Part shown: one piece after another, positions 50,180-63,021 of the stretch
How the letters are laid out: every line of letters starts with the position of its first letter
Numbering within the stretch: position 1 is the first letter of the stretch
Source: Alphaproteobacteria bacterium
Lineage (GTDB): Bacteria > Pseudomonadota > Alphaproteobacteria > JAAXGF01
Length of the DNA: 64,000 nucleotides
Reading direction: 5' to 3'
Assembly: GCA_963555825.3 (NCBI GenBank)
Contig: CAUVXB020000002.1
Location: 3,565,590 to 3,629,589, forward strand
Program-made: the position numbers and the translations under genes
The notes under the pieces: model-generated
Database searches by the model: none
Told to the model about the DNA's origin: nothing
What the model saw: the letters and a program-made list of their open reading frames with translations, nothing else

Positions 50180-50214
50180 GACAAACTTGTGTCCAAGGAA
50201 CCGGGTGCGATACA

Positions 50215-50371
50215 GCGCCATCTGATCCAGGCACTGGACTTCGTGATGAGCAACCGCGAGCGGTTTCCGTTCGCGGCGATCGTCGATTCGAAGTTTTCGC
50301 TCGACCAGATGGACGAAGCGTTTGCCCGCGCGGCCGACCGCTCGGTGCTGCGCGCCGCCATCGTGCCGTAA
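50215..50371 (+). pseudogene. C-terminal remnant of a probable zinc-binding dehydrogenase
   Basis: RFPFAAIVDSKFSLDQMDEAF...VLRAAIVP*, cut by IS3. Confidence 0.55.
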
Positions 50372-50526
50372 GATGACGGCGGTCATGCCGGGCCTCAAGG
50401 GGGCGGTCGAGGCCGACCCGGGCTTCGCGCTGGCCCATGCGGTCAACGGCCTGGTGCTGCACGGCGCGCGCGCCGTAGGACGATCCCGACAAGCTACAGA
50501 AACTTCTCGATTTATGAGGGCAATCG

Positions 50527-50913
50527 ATGATCGACCATATGGGAATCACCGTCAGTGACATCGAAAAAAGTAAGGCATTTTACTCAAAAACCTTGGCGGC
50601 ACTCGGTTATGTTCTGTGTAAGAACAGTCCTAACGCGATCAGCTTTGGCGTTCACGAAGGACAGGGCAAAAGCGCCGATCCGGGCGGTGATTTCTGGCTG
50701 TCCGAAGGCATTCCCATTACACCGCGCGTCCACGTCGCTTTCAATGCTGCTTCGCGGGCGGATGTCGACGCATTCTTCGCCGCTGGTTTGGCCGCCGACG
50801 GAATCGACAATGGAGCGCCGAAACTTCGCACCCATTATCATCCACACTACTATGCAGCGTTCTTGCTTGATCCCGACGGTTACAATATCGAGGCGGTTTG
50901 CCATGCGGGATGA
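50527..50913 (+). CDS. VOC (glyoxalase/bleomycin resistance) family protein
   Basis: IDHMGI.VSD, HVAF, DNGAP.LR.HY, YYAAFLLDPDGYNIEAVC. Confidence 0.9.
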   Translation: MIDHMGITVSDIEKSKAFYSKTLAALGYVLCKNSPNAISFGVHEGQGKSADPGGDFWLSEGIPITPRVHVAFNAASRADVDAFFAAGLAADGIDNGAPKLRTHYHPHYYAAFLLDPDGYNIEAVCHAG

Positions 50914-51041
50914 TACTGCCGGCCGATAGCAGGGATCTGCAATAGGCCGCTCCGGGTCGGGGGCGACTGTGTCGATGACCGCGCGCCAAGGTCTACTGTG
51001 GGGCGCAAAGCAGACATGATCCGCTGAAAAGCCGACGTTAA

Positions 51042-51099
51042 CGGCGTTGTTTCGGTTTGAAATTCGATGCGGCTCGAAAGCCTGAAGCGGGCCCGTATG
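51042..51099 (+). repeat. Left arm of ~58-bp imperfect inverted repeat enclosing IS110
   Basis: Pairs with 52551-52609. Confidence 0.85.
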
Positions 51100-51249
51100 C
51101 CGGCTTATCGCCCGCAAGCGGTCATCGTTCGGTACGGCCATTGGGTCCGGGATTAACCAATTACAGATGGGGTGGATGGCTCCCGCTCCCGGCACCGAGG
51201 TGCCGAAGTGGTGGTTGTTATCAACCACGAGCAAGAGGAGCTATCCGCC

Positions 51250-52284
51250 ATGAAAGTTACTACCGTCGGCCTCGATCTGGCCAAGAACGTTTTCCAAGTC
51301 CACGGCATTGACAGCACCGGCAAGGTCATCGTCCGCCGATCGTTGCGCCGGCGCCAGATGATGCCGTTCTTCGGCAAGCTGGAACCGTGTCTGATCGGTA
51401 TCGAGGCGTGCGGCACGAGCCACTTCTGGTCCCGCGAGCTCCAGGCATTGGGGCACGAGGTGAAATTGATGCCACCGATCTACGTCAAACCATACGTCAA
51501 GCGCGGCAAGACCGACGCCGCCGATGCGGAGGCGATCTGCGAGGCGGTGACGCGCCCCACGATGCGGTTCGTCGCGATCAAGTCGGCCGAGCAGCAATCG
51601 GTCCTGGCGCTCCACCGAACACGGGATCTGCTGGTCGGCCAGCGCACCCAGCTGGTCAACATGATCCGGTCCCAGCTGGCCGAGTTGGGCATCGTGCTGG
51701 CCAAAGGCATTCATCACGCGCTGAGGCTCGTCGATCAGCTTGTCGAAGGAGTGGTGCCGGACATTCCCCCGCTGGCATGCAAGATCGTCATTGCCCTGGC
51801 CGAGCAGATCCGCGAGTTGCAAGCCCGGGTCGCCATGATCGAGGGCGAGATCAAGACCTGGTTCCGCGGCAACGACCTGGCCAAACGGCTCGCGACCATT
51901 CCGGGGATTGGTTACATCACCGCCTCGGCGCTGGCAGCCTCGGTCACCGATCCGCACCGGTTCACATCGGCTCGCCAGTTTGCCGCCTCGCTCGGGCTAA
52001 CGCCCAAGGCCGATTCCAGCGCCGGCAAGGATCGCATGGGACGCATCTCCAAGATGGCGGACCGCTATCTTCGCCGTCTGCTGGTGATCGGCATGACATC
52101 ACAGCTTCAATCGGCACGGCGCAAGCCCGAGGTTCACCCCTGGATCACCAACTTGCTGGTAAGCAAGCCCAACAAGCTGGTCGCCGTGGCCATGGCCAAC
52201 AAGGCCGCGCGGATCGCCTGGGTCATCATGACCCGTGGCGAGGCCTACCGCGCTCACCGACCCGCAACTGAGAGGACCGCATGA
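51250..52284 (+). CDS. IS110-family recombinase
   Basis: GLDLAK, IEAC, KTDAADA, LGLTP...SSAGK, GRISK. Confidence 0.93.
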   Translation: MKVTTVGLDLAKNVFQVHGIDSTGKVIVRRSLRRRQMMPFFGKLEPCLIGIEACGTSHFWSRELQALGHEVKLMPPIYVKPYVKRGKTDAADAEAICEAVTRPTMRFVAIKSAEQQSVLALHRTRDLLVGQRTQLVNMIRSQLAELGIVLAKGIHHALRLVDQLVEGVVPDIPPLACKIVIALAEQIRELQARVAMIEGEIKTWFRGNDLAKRLATIPGIGYITASALAASVTDPHRFTSARQFAASLGLTPKADSSAGKDRMGRISKMADRYLRRLLVIGMTSQLQSARRKPEVHPWITNLLVSKPNKLVAVAMANKAARIAWVIMTRGEAYRAHRPATERTA

Positions 52285-52530
52285 CGAATTGATCGCTCGA
52301 AGGCACAACGCCTTTCGACGATTGCAAGGACGACGAGACGTGATGGCGAACCGGTCAGACCGGGGATCGGGACAACCCGACGAACGTCCTGGGTGTTCGA
52401 GCCCGCTAAGCAGATAGGGACCCGATCCACGGATACCATCAGGGCCAGCGGTTCAACAAAACCGCATCAACAGGCCGGACACAAGACTGTACCTGACTAG
52501 GTCGCTACGCCGAAAAAAGTCCTTGCAACG
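52285..52530 (+). ncRNA. Putative IS1111 guide (seek/bridge) RNA region
   Basis: Long non-coding right end; scaffold blocks shared with 26022-26226. Confidence 0.6.
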
Positions 52531-52550
52531 CGGGAGCCATCCACACAAGA

Positions 52551-52609
52551 CATTCGGGTCCGCGTCGTGCTTTCGAGCCGCATCGATTTTCAAGCCGAAA
52601 CACCCGCCG
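52551..52609 (-). repeat. Right arm of ~58-bp inverted repeat
   Basis: Pairs with 51042-51099. Confidence 0.85.
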
Positions 52610-52625
52610 ATTCCGCAACGCCGCG

Positions 52626-52815
52626 CTGGTGCCGGCGGAACGCCGCGTGCTAGAGTGCCGCGCCCGAATGGAAGGAAGCCGGTGACGCCCCGAAAGGGGC
52701 CAGGCCGGCGCTGCCCCCGCAACTGTAAGCGGCGAGGCTCCGGCAGCGGCCACTGATGCGCAAGCGTTGGGAAGGCGCCGGAGCCGACGACCCCGAGCCA
52801 GGACACTTCCTCAGG
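52626..52815 (+). ncRNA. Cobalamin riboswitch
   Basis: GGAAGCCGGTG, GCCCCCGCAACTGTAA, GCCACTG, GGGAAGG, GAGCCAGGACAC upstream of the cob operon; 5' end approximate. Confidence 0.9.
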
Positions 52816-52851
52816 CCGACGCAACGATGTCCTCGGAGGGAGGATCGGCCC

Positions 52852-53415
52852 ATGTCCGCGACCACCGCCGCGCTGCCGCGCCTGACGCTCGTGTTGGGCG
52901 GCGCCCGTTCAGGCAAGAGCCGGTTCGCCGAGCGCCTGGTCGAGAGCCAGCCGGGCGCCTGCGTCGATGGCGCCTGCGTCTATCTGGCGACGGCCGAGGC
53001 GCGCGACGCCGAGATGGCCGCCCGCATCGCCGATCACCGCGCGCGCCGCGTCAACCGCTGGCACACCGTCGAGGCGCCGCTCGAGCTGGTCGCCGGGCTG
53101 CGCGACAACGCCGCCGCCGACCGCGCCGTCCTGGTCGACTGTCTGACGCTCTGGCTCGCCAACCTGATCGACGCCGGGCGCGACGTCGACGCCGAGACCG
53201 CGGCGTTGAGCGATGCGCTGCCCACCCTCACCGGCCCGGTCGTCATGGTGTCCAACGAAGTCGGCCTCGGCATCGTGCCCGACAACGCGCTGGCGCGCGC
53301 CTTCCGCGACGCCGCCGGGCGGCTCAACCAAGCCATCGCGGTGGCCGCCCAATCGGTCGTCTTCATCGCGGCCGGCCTGCCGCTTCACCTCAAGTCACCC
53401 GAGGCCCGCCCATGA
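52852..53415 (+). CDS. cobU: Adenosylcobinamide kinase / phosphate guanylyltransferase (CobU/CobP)
   Basis: GGARSGKS, YLATA, VDCLTLW, VSNEVGLG. Confidence 0.95.
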   Translation: MSATTAALPRLTLVLGGARSGKSRFAERLVESQPGACVDGACVYLATAEARDAEMAARIADHRARRVNRWHTVEAPLELVAGLRDNAAADRAVLVDCLTLWLANLIDAGRDVDAETAALSDALPTLTGPVVMVSNEVGLGIVPDNALARAFRDAAGRLNQAIAVAAQSVVFIAAGLPLHLKSPEARP

Positions 53416-54440
53416 GCTCGACCGCGAAAATACCCACCACGGTAATCACCGGCTTCCTCGGCGCCGGCAAGACCAGCATGATCCGCCATCTGTTGGCGAC
53501 CGCGAACGGCAGGAAGCTGGCGCTGATCATCAACGAGTTCGGCGACCTCGGCGTCGACGGCGAGGTGCTCGAGGCCTGCGGCAACGAGAGCTGCCAGGAC
53601 ATCGTCGAACTCGCCAACGGCTGCATCTGCTGCACCGTCGCCGACGACTTCGTGCCGACCATCGAGGCGCTGCTGGCGCGCGACGACAAGCCCGACCACA
53701 TCGTCATCGAGACCTCCGGCCTGGCGTTGCCGAAACCCTTGGTGCGGGCCTTCAACTGGCCCGAGATCCGCACCCGCCTGACGGTCGACGGGGTGATCAC
53801 GGTGATCGACTGCGCCGCCGTCGCCGAGGGCCGCTTCGCCGACGACCCGGCGGCCGTCGCCGCCCAGCGCGCCGCCGACCCGATGCTCGACCATGACGCG
53901 CCCTTGGAGGAGCTCTACGAGGACCAGCTCGCCTGCGCCGACATGGTGGTGCTCAACAAGACCGATCTGATGGACGCCGACGATCTCGAACGCGTCAGCC
54001 GCGACGTCGCGGCGCGGCTCCGCCCGGCGGTCAAGACGGTGCGCGCGCGCCACGGCGCGATCGACGCCGACGTGCTCTTGGGCCTCGGCGCGGCGGCCGA
54101 GGACGACCTCGACGCCCGGCCGTCGGTGCACGACGGCCTCGACGACCACGAGCACGACGACTTCGAGAGCTTCGTCGTCGCCTTCGATCCGGTGGCGACG
54201 CCCGAGGGCCTGATCGAGCGCCTCGCGCCGATCGTCGCCGAACACGACATCCTGCGCATCAAGGGCTTCGTCGCGGTCGACGGCAAGGACATGCGCCTCT
54301 TGGTCCAGGGCGTCGGTAGCCGCCTGCAGCACTACTACGACCGCGACTGGCGGGCCGGCGAGCCGCGCGTCAGCCGCCTCGTGGTGATCGGCGAGCGCGG
54401 CCTCGACGCCGCCGCCATCACCGCGGCGCTCAAGGCTTAA
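53412..54440 (+). CDS. cobW: Cobalamin biosynthesis GTPase metallochaperone
   Basis: GFLGAGKT, NEFG, GCICC, ETSGLALPKPL. Confidence 0.95.
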   Translation: MSSTAKIPTTVITGFLGAGKTSMIRHLLATANGRKLALIINEFGDLGVDGEVLEACGNESCQDIVELANGCICCTVADDFVPTIEALLARDDKPDHIVIETSGLALPKPLVRAFNWPEIRTRLTVDGVITVIDCAAVAEGRFADDPAAVAAQRAADPMLDHDAPLEELYEDQLACADMVVLNKTDLMDADDLERVSRDVAARLRPAVKTVRARHGAIDADVLLGLGAAAEDDLDARPSVHDGLDDHEHDDFESFVVAFDPVATPEGLIERLAPIVAEHDILRIKGFVAVDGKDMRLLVQGVGSRLQHYYDRDWRAGEPRVSRLVVIGERGLDAAAITAALKA

Positions 54441-54452
54441 GTCGGGCGCGCC

Positions 54453-58192
<3,740 letters not shown>

Positions 58193-58196
<4 letters not shown>

Positions 58197-58825
58197 GCGA
58201 TCCGACCGAAGCCGAGGTCAACCGCCGCGCCAACGAGAAGGCGGTCAAGCGCAAGGCGGCGCGCGACAAGATCCTGGCCACGAAGACGATCGAGAAGGGC
58301 CTCTTGATCGTCCACACCGGCAAGGGCAAGGGCAAGTCGACGGCGGCCTTCGGGCTTGCCGTGCGCGCGCTCGGCAACGGCATGAAGGTCGGTATCGTCC
58401 AGTTCGTCAAGGGCAAGTGGCAGACCGGCGAGCGCGGCGTCCTGGAGCACTTCCCCGATCAGGTGACGATCCGCACCATGGGCGAGGGCTTCACTTGGGA
58501 GACCCAGGACCGCGCGCGCGACATCGCCGCCGCCGAGCGGGCCTGGGCCGTCTCGCGGGAAATGATCGAGGCGTCGCGCGGGCCCGAGCCGGCTTACGAC
58601 ATGGTCATTCTCGACGAGCTGAACATCGTGCTGCGCTACGATTATCTGCCGCTCGACGAGGTCGTCGAGGCGCTGGCGAACAGGCCCGCCGATCTCCACG
58701 TCGTGGTCACCGGGCGCAACGCCAAGGAGCCGCTGATCGAGGCCGCCGATCTGGTCACCGAGATGACCATGATCAAGCACCCGTTCCGCGCCGGCGTGAA
58801 GGCGCAGAAAGGCATCGAGTTTTGA
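58193..58825 (+). CDS. cobO: Cob(I)yrinic acid a,c-diamide adenosyltransferase
   Basis: HTGKGKGKSTAAFG, QFVKG, LDELN, TGR, GIEF. Confidence 0.95.
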
Positions 58826-58836
58826 GTGTCGTGCGC

Positions 58837-59826
58837 TTAGAGCAACACGGTGATCGCGACGGCGAGCGCCAGCGCCGCGCCGGCCGCGAGGTAGAGCGCG
58901 AGCGCACGGCGCAAGTCTGCCGCGGTCGCTTGCCTGCGGCCGTCGCCCATCCAGTGATCGTCGACGATCCGCGTGCCATAGCGCCGCGGCCCGGCGATCG
59001 CCAGGCCGAGCGCGCCGGCGACGGCAGCCTCGGGCCAGCCGGCGTTGGGCGAACGGTGCTTGGGCGCGTCGCGCCGCATGGCGCGCCAGGCTCCCGACGC
59101 GTCGGCGCCGGGCAGTACGTAGGCGGCGAACACGAACAGCAGCCCGGCGAGGCGCGACGTCCAGAAGTTAACCGCGTCGTCGAGCTTGGCGGCGGCCCGG
59201 CCGAACGTCTCGTGACGTTCGCTGCGATAGCCGACCATGCTGTCCATGGTGTTGATCGCCTTGTAGGCGACCAGGCCGGGCAGGCCCAATACCAGGTACC
59301 AGAAGACCGGCGCGACGGTGCCGTCGGCGAAGTTCTCGGCGGTCGATTCGATCGCCGCGCGGACGACGCCATGCGCATCGAGGCTCGCCGGGTCGCGCCC
59401 GACGATATGGCCGACCGCGGTCTGCGCCGGGCCGAGCCCGTCTTCGAGCGCCTCGGCGACGCGGCGGACATGGTCGTAGAGGCCGCGAAACGACAGCAAG
59501 GCGCTCGCCAGCAGCGCTTCGAGCAGCCAGCCCCAGGATATCTGGCCCAACGCATAGCCGATGATCCAGGCGAGCGCGAACGCGCCCGCGGTGACCACGA
59601 TGGCGAGCGTGACGCCACGCTGGCGCCGGATTTCATCGCCCAACGCCGCGTCGTTCCAGCGCTCGTCGAGTGCGCCGATCAAACGCCCGATCGCGGCCAC
59701 CGGATGCGGCACCACGCGATAGAGCCACGGCGGGTCGCCGATCAGCACGTCGAGCGCCATGGCCGCGAGAATGACCGCGACGAGTTCGGTGAAGCCGTTG
59801 TATGGCGGCAGCCAGGCGATGAACAT
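58837..59826 (-). CDS. cobD: Adenosylcobinamide-phosphate synthase (CobD/CbiB)
   Basis: GDP..HPV, IVGRD, ESTAEN..D, NTMDSMVGY, SPNAGWPE. Confidence 0.93.
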   Translation of the reverse strand: MFIAWLPPYNGFTELVAVILAAMALDVLIGDPPWLYRVVPHPVAAIGRLIGALDERWNDAALGDEIRRQRGVTLAIVVTAGAFALAWIIGYALGQISWGWLLEALLASALLSFRGLYDHVRRVAEALEDGLGPAQTAVGHIVGRDPASLDAHGVVRAAIESTAENFADGTVAPVFWYLVLGLPGLVAYKAINTMDSMVGYRSERHETFGRAAAKLDDAVNFWTSRLAGLLFVFAAYVLPGADASGAWRAMRRDAPKHRSPNAGWPEAAVAGALGLAIAGPRRYGTRIVDDHWMGDGRRQATAADLRRALALYLAAGAALALAVAITVLL

Positions 59827-60199
59827 CTCGGGAAACGTCTCGTTGCATCGACAATCGGTTCACGCGCCTTATACCAAGGAGCAGTGATAAAGACCCCTAG
59901 AGACGGCTTGCCGTGGTTCTCGGCTAGGCGCGCCCGTCGCGGCGATGCAGCGCATCGCAAGATGGGCGCAACGACGTCCGCCAGTCTGATAGCGGGCGAG
60001 AGCCTCGGCAAGCCGCCCTTCGGGTCGCGGCCGCTTATCGCCGGAGGGCGCCAGGTTGCCTAGCCGATGCGCTGCATCGCCCGCGGCTCCCTTGCCTCAC
60101 CGGCGAAAAGCGGACGCGATCTGTAGGGGCCTTTATCACTGCTCCTTGGTATTAGCGCGCGTCTCTCAACATATTGCCAAAGCGGCATAGGAGAAAAGC

Positions 60200-61195
60200 A
60201 TGTCCAAGACCGGAGTGATGGTGTGCGGCCACGGCAGCCGCGACGCGGGCGCCGTCGGCGAGTTCCAGGCGGTCGCCCGCGGCATCGAGCAGCGCCTGCC
60301 GCACTACGACGTCGAAAGCGGTTTCCTCGAGTTCGCCACGCCTGTCATCCGCGACGGGCTCGACGCGCTGCGCGGCCGCGGCGTCAAGAAGATCCTCGCT
60401 ATCCCCGGCATGCTGTTCGCCGCCGGCCACGTCAAGAACGACGTGCCCTCGGTGCTCAACACCTATGCCGCGCGGCACCCCGACATCGAGATCATCTTCG
60501 GCCGCGACCTCGGCATCGACCACAAGTTGATCCGCGCCGCCGGTGACCGCGTCGAGCAGGCGCTCGCGGCGGCCGGCGGCGACGTGCCGCGCGACGAGAC
60601 GATGCTCGTCGTGGTCGGCCGCGGCGCCTCGGACCCAGACGCCAACTCGAACATCTCGAAGGTCTGCCGCTTGCTGTGGGAGGGCCTCGGCTTCGGCTGG
60701 GCCGAGACGGCGTACTCCGGCGTCACATTCCCACTCGTCGAGCCGGCGCTCGAACACGCCGCCAGGCTCGGCTACCGGCGCATCGTCGTCTTTCCCTATT
60801 TTCTGTTCACCGGCATCCTGGTTCAGCGCATATACCACTACACCGACCGGGTCGCGGCGCGGCATCTGGACATCGAGTTCATCAAGGCGCCCTACCTCAA
60901 CGACCACCCCCTGGTGCTCGACGCCTTCGCCGAGCGGGTCGAGGAGATCCTGGCTGGGGCGAACGCCATGAACTGCCAGCTCTGCAAGTACCGCGAGCAG
61001 GTGCTCGGCTTCGAGGACGAGGTCGGCCTCAAGCAGGAAAGCCATCACCACCACGTCGAAGGCATCGGCGTCGGCGTCGGCGCCGGCCACGGCCACGGCC
61101 ATGACCATGGCCACAGCCACGACCACGGCCACCACCCCTACCCGCACGCCGACCACCCGCTCGGACCGGTCAGCATGAAGAAAAACGGAGCGTAA
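60200..61195 (+). CDS. cbiX: CbiX-family chelatase with MxCxxC motif and His-rich tail
   Basis: HGSRD, AGHVKND, GRGASD, PYFLFTG, MNCQLCKYR. Confidence 0.9.
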   Translation: MSKTGVMVCGHGSRDAGAVGEFQAVARGIEQRLPHYDVESGFLEFATPVIRDGLDALRGRGVKKILAIPGMLFAAGHVKNDVPSVLNTYAARHPDIEIIFGRDLGIDHKLIRAAGDRVEQALAAAGGDVPRDETMLVVVGRGASDPDANSNISKVCRLLWEGLGFGWAETAYSGVTFPLVEPALEHAARLGYRRIVVFPYFLFTGILVQRIYHYTDRVAARHLDIEFIKAPYLNDHPLVLDAFAERVEEILAGANAMNCQLCKYREQVLGFEDEVGLKQESHHHHVEGIGVGVGAGHGHGHDHGHSHDHGHHPYPHADHPLGPVSMKKNGA

Positions 61196-61201
61196 CCCGC
61201 C

Positions 61202-61819
61202 GTGACGCTCGACTATCTGCGCGACCCGCAAGCGATCTACCGGCGCTCCTTCGCCATCGTGCGCGCCGAAGCCGACCTCGGCGGCCTGCCCGCTGAACTG
61301 GCCGAGGTCGCCGTGCGCCTGGTGCACGCCTGCGGCATGCCCGACATCACGGCCGACCTCGCCTGGTCGGGCGATGTGGTGGGCCAGGCGCGCGCCGCCA
61401 TCGCGGCCGGCACACCGGTGATCACCGACGCCCAAATGGTCGCCGAGGGCATCATCGGCAACGCGAACGTCATCTGCATGCTCGGTGATCCGCGCGTCGC
61501 GGACCTCGCCGCCGCGCAGGCGACGACGCGCTCGGCCGCAGCGGTCGAGCTCTGGACGCCGCATCTCGCGGGCGCGGTCGTCGCCATCGGCAACGCGCCG
61601 ACGGCGCTGTTCCGGCTTATCGAGCGGCTCGCCGAGGGCGCCCCGAAACCGGCCGCGATCCTCGCATTCCCAGTCGGCTTCGTCGGCGCCGCCGAGTCGA
61701 AGGCGGCACTGATCGACGCCGACATCGACGTCCCCTACCTGACGCTCAAGGGCCGGCGCGGCGGCAGCGCGCTCGCCGCGGCGGCGGTCAACGCGATCGC
61801 CGCGGGCGAGGCGCCGTGA
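61202..61819 (+). CDS. cobH: Precorrin-8X methylmutase
   Basis: IYRRSF, TRSAAA, IGNAPTAL, PVGFVGAAESK, GRRGGS. Confidence 0.95.
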   Translation: MTLDYLRDPQAIYRRSFAIVRAEADLGGLPAELAEVAVRLVHACGMPDITADLAWSGDVVGQARAAIAAGTPVITDAQMVAEGIIGNANVICMLGDPRVADLAAAQATTRSAAAVELWTPHLAGAVVAIGNAPTALFRLIERLAEGAPKPAAILAFPVGFVGAAESKAALIDADIDVPYLTLKGRRGGSALAAAAVNAIAAGEAP

Positions 61820-63021
61820 CTCGCTGGCTCTCGATCGTCGGCATCGGCGAGGACGGCCTCGACGGCCTCGCGGTCGACGCCCGCGCCCTCGTCGATGGAG
61901 CGCAAGTGCTGGTCGGCGGCGACCGCCACCTCGCCATGGCGCCCGACGACGGCCGCCGTCGCATTCGCTGGCGCACGCCGCTCGACGCCGTGGTCGACGA
62001 GATCGCCGGCTTGCGCGGCACGCCGGTCTGCGTGCTGGCGACCGGCGATCCGATGTTCTTCGGCATCGGCGTCACGCTGGCCCGGCGTGTGCCGATCGAC
62101 GAGATGACCATCGTGCCGGCGCCCTCGGCGTTCAGCCTGGCCTGCGCGCGGCTCGGTTGGCCGCTCGCCGAGGTCGAGACGCTGACGCTGCACGGCCGCC
62201 CGCTCGCCTTGATCAACGGCCACATCCAGCCCGGCGCCAGGCTGCTGATCCTGAGCAATGACGGGGCGACGCCTGGCCAGGTCGCCCGGGCGCTCCGCGA
62301 CCGGGGCTATGGCGAAAGCCAAATGTGGGCGTTCGAGCAGATGGGCGGCACGGTCGAGCGCTGCGTCGAGGCCCATGCTGCCGACTGGACGCAAGACCGC
62401 ATCGCCGACCTCAACACCATCGCCGTCGAGTGCGTCGCGGCGCCCGGTGCGGCCCATCTGCCGCGCGTGCCGGGTCTGCCCGACGACGCCTTCGCGCATG
62501 ACGGCCAGCTCACCAAGCGCGAGGTGCGTGCCGCGACGCTTGCCGCGCTCGGCCCCGCGCCGGGCCAGCTCTTGTGGGACGTCGGCGCCGGCTGCGGCTC
62601 GATCGCCATCGAATGGCTGCGCGCCGCGCGAAACGCCCGCGCCATCGCGATCGAGCACGACGCCGCGCGCCGCGCGCTGATCGAGACCAACGCGGCGACG
62701 CTGGGCGTCCCGCAGCTCGAGATCGTCGCCGGCGTCGCGCCGGCCGCGTTGGACGGCCTGGCGGCGCCCGGCGCCGTGTTCATCGGCGGTGGCGTGGCCG
62801 ACGAGACGCTGGTCGAGGCCTGCTGGCAGGCGCTCGGCCCCGGCGGTCGGCTGGTCGCCAACGTGGTGACCGTCGAGGGCGAGCAGGCGCTGTTCCAGTG
62901 GCGCGAGCGGCTCGGCGGCGAACTCGCGCGCATAGCCGTGTCGCGCGCCGAGCCGCTCGGCGCCTTGTCGGGCTGGCGCGCGCTGATGGCGGTCACCCAG
63001 TGGACGGCGATCAAATCATGA
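61816..63021 (+). CDS. cobL: Precorrin-6Y C5,15-methyltransferase (CobL/CbiET)
   Basis: VGIG, LATGDP..FGIG, LTKREVR, WDVGAGCGS. Confidence 0.94.
   Translation: MTRWLSIVGIGEDGLDGLAVDARALVDGAQVLVGGDRHLAMAPDDGRRRIRWRTPLDAVVDEIAGLRGTPVCVLATGDPMFFGIGVTLARRVPIDEMTIVPAPSAFSLACARLGWPLAEVETLTLHGRPLALINGHIQPGARLLILSNDGATPGQVARALRDRGYGESQMWAFEQMGGTVERCVEAHAADWTQDRIADLNTIAVECVAAPGAAHLPRVPGLPDDAFAHDGQLTKREVRAATLAALGPAPGQLLWDVGAGCGSIAIEWLRAARNARAIAIEHDAARRALIETNAATLGVPQLEIVAGVAPAALDGLAAPGAVFIGGGVADETLVEACWQALGPGGRLVANVVTVEGEQALFQWRERLGGELARIAVSRAEPLGALSGWRALMAVTQWTAIKS

Larger units (their letters stand above)
48795..50214 (+). mobile_element. IS3-family insertion sequence (complete)
   Basis: IRs TGAGTCGGACCCGATTTCCTTGGACACA / TGTGTCCAAGGAACCGGGTGCGATACA. 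Confidence 0.88.
51165..52547 (+). mobile_element. IS110-family (IS1111 group) element
   Basis: Perfect subterminal IRs GTGGATGGCTCCCG (51172) / CGGGAGCCATCCAC (52531-52544); outer ends approximate. Confidence 0.88.

Noticed and set aside
6493-50214. Composite transposon bounded by the two IS3 copies
   Set aside because: Outer flanks (GCGT vs GCGC) are not an exact duplication, and the flanking remnants are 3' ends of different genes on opposite strands.
61040-61160. Tandem DNA repeat (GGCCAC)n
   Set aside because: It encodes the His/Gly-rich tail of CbiX.
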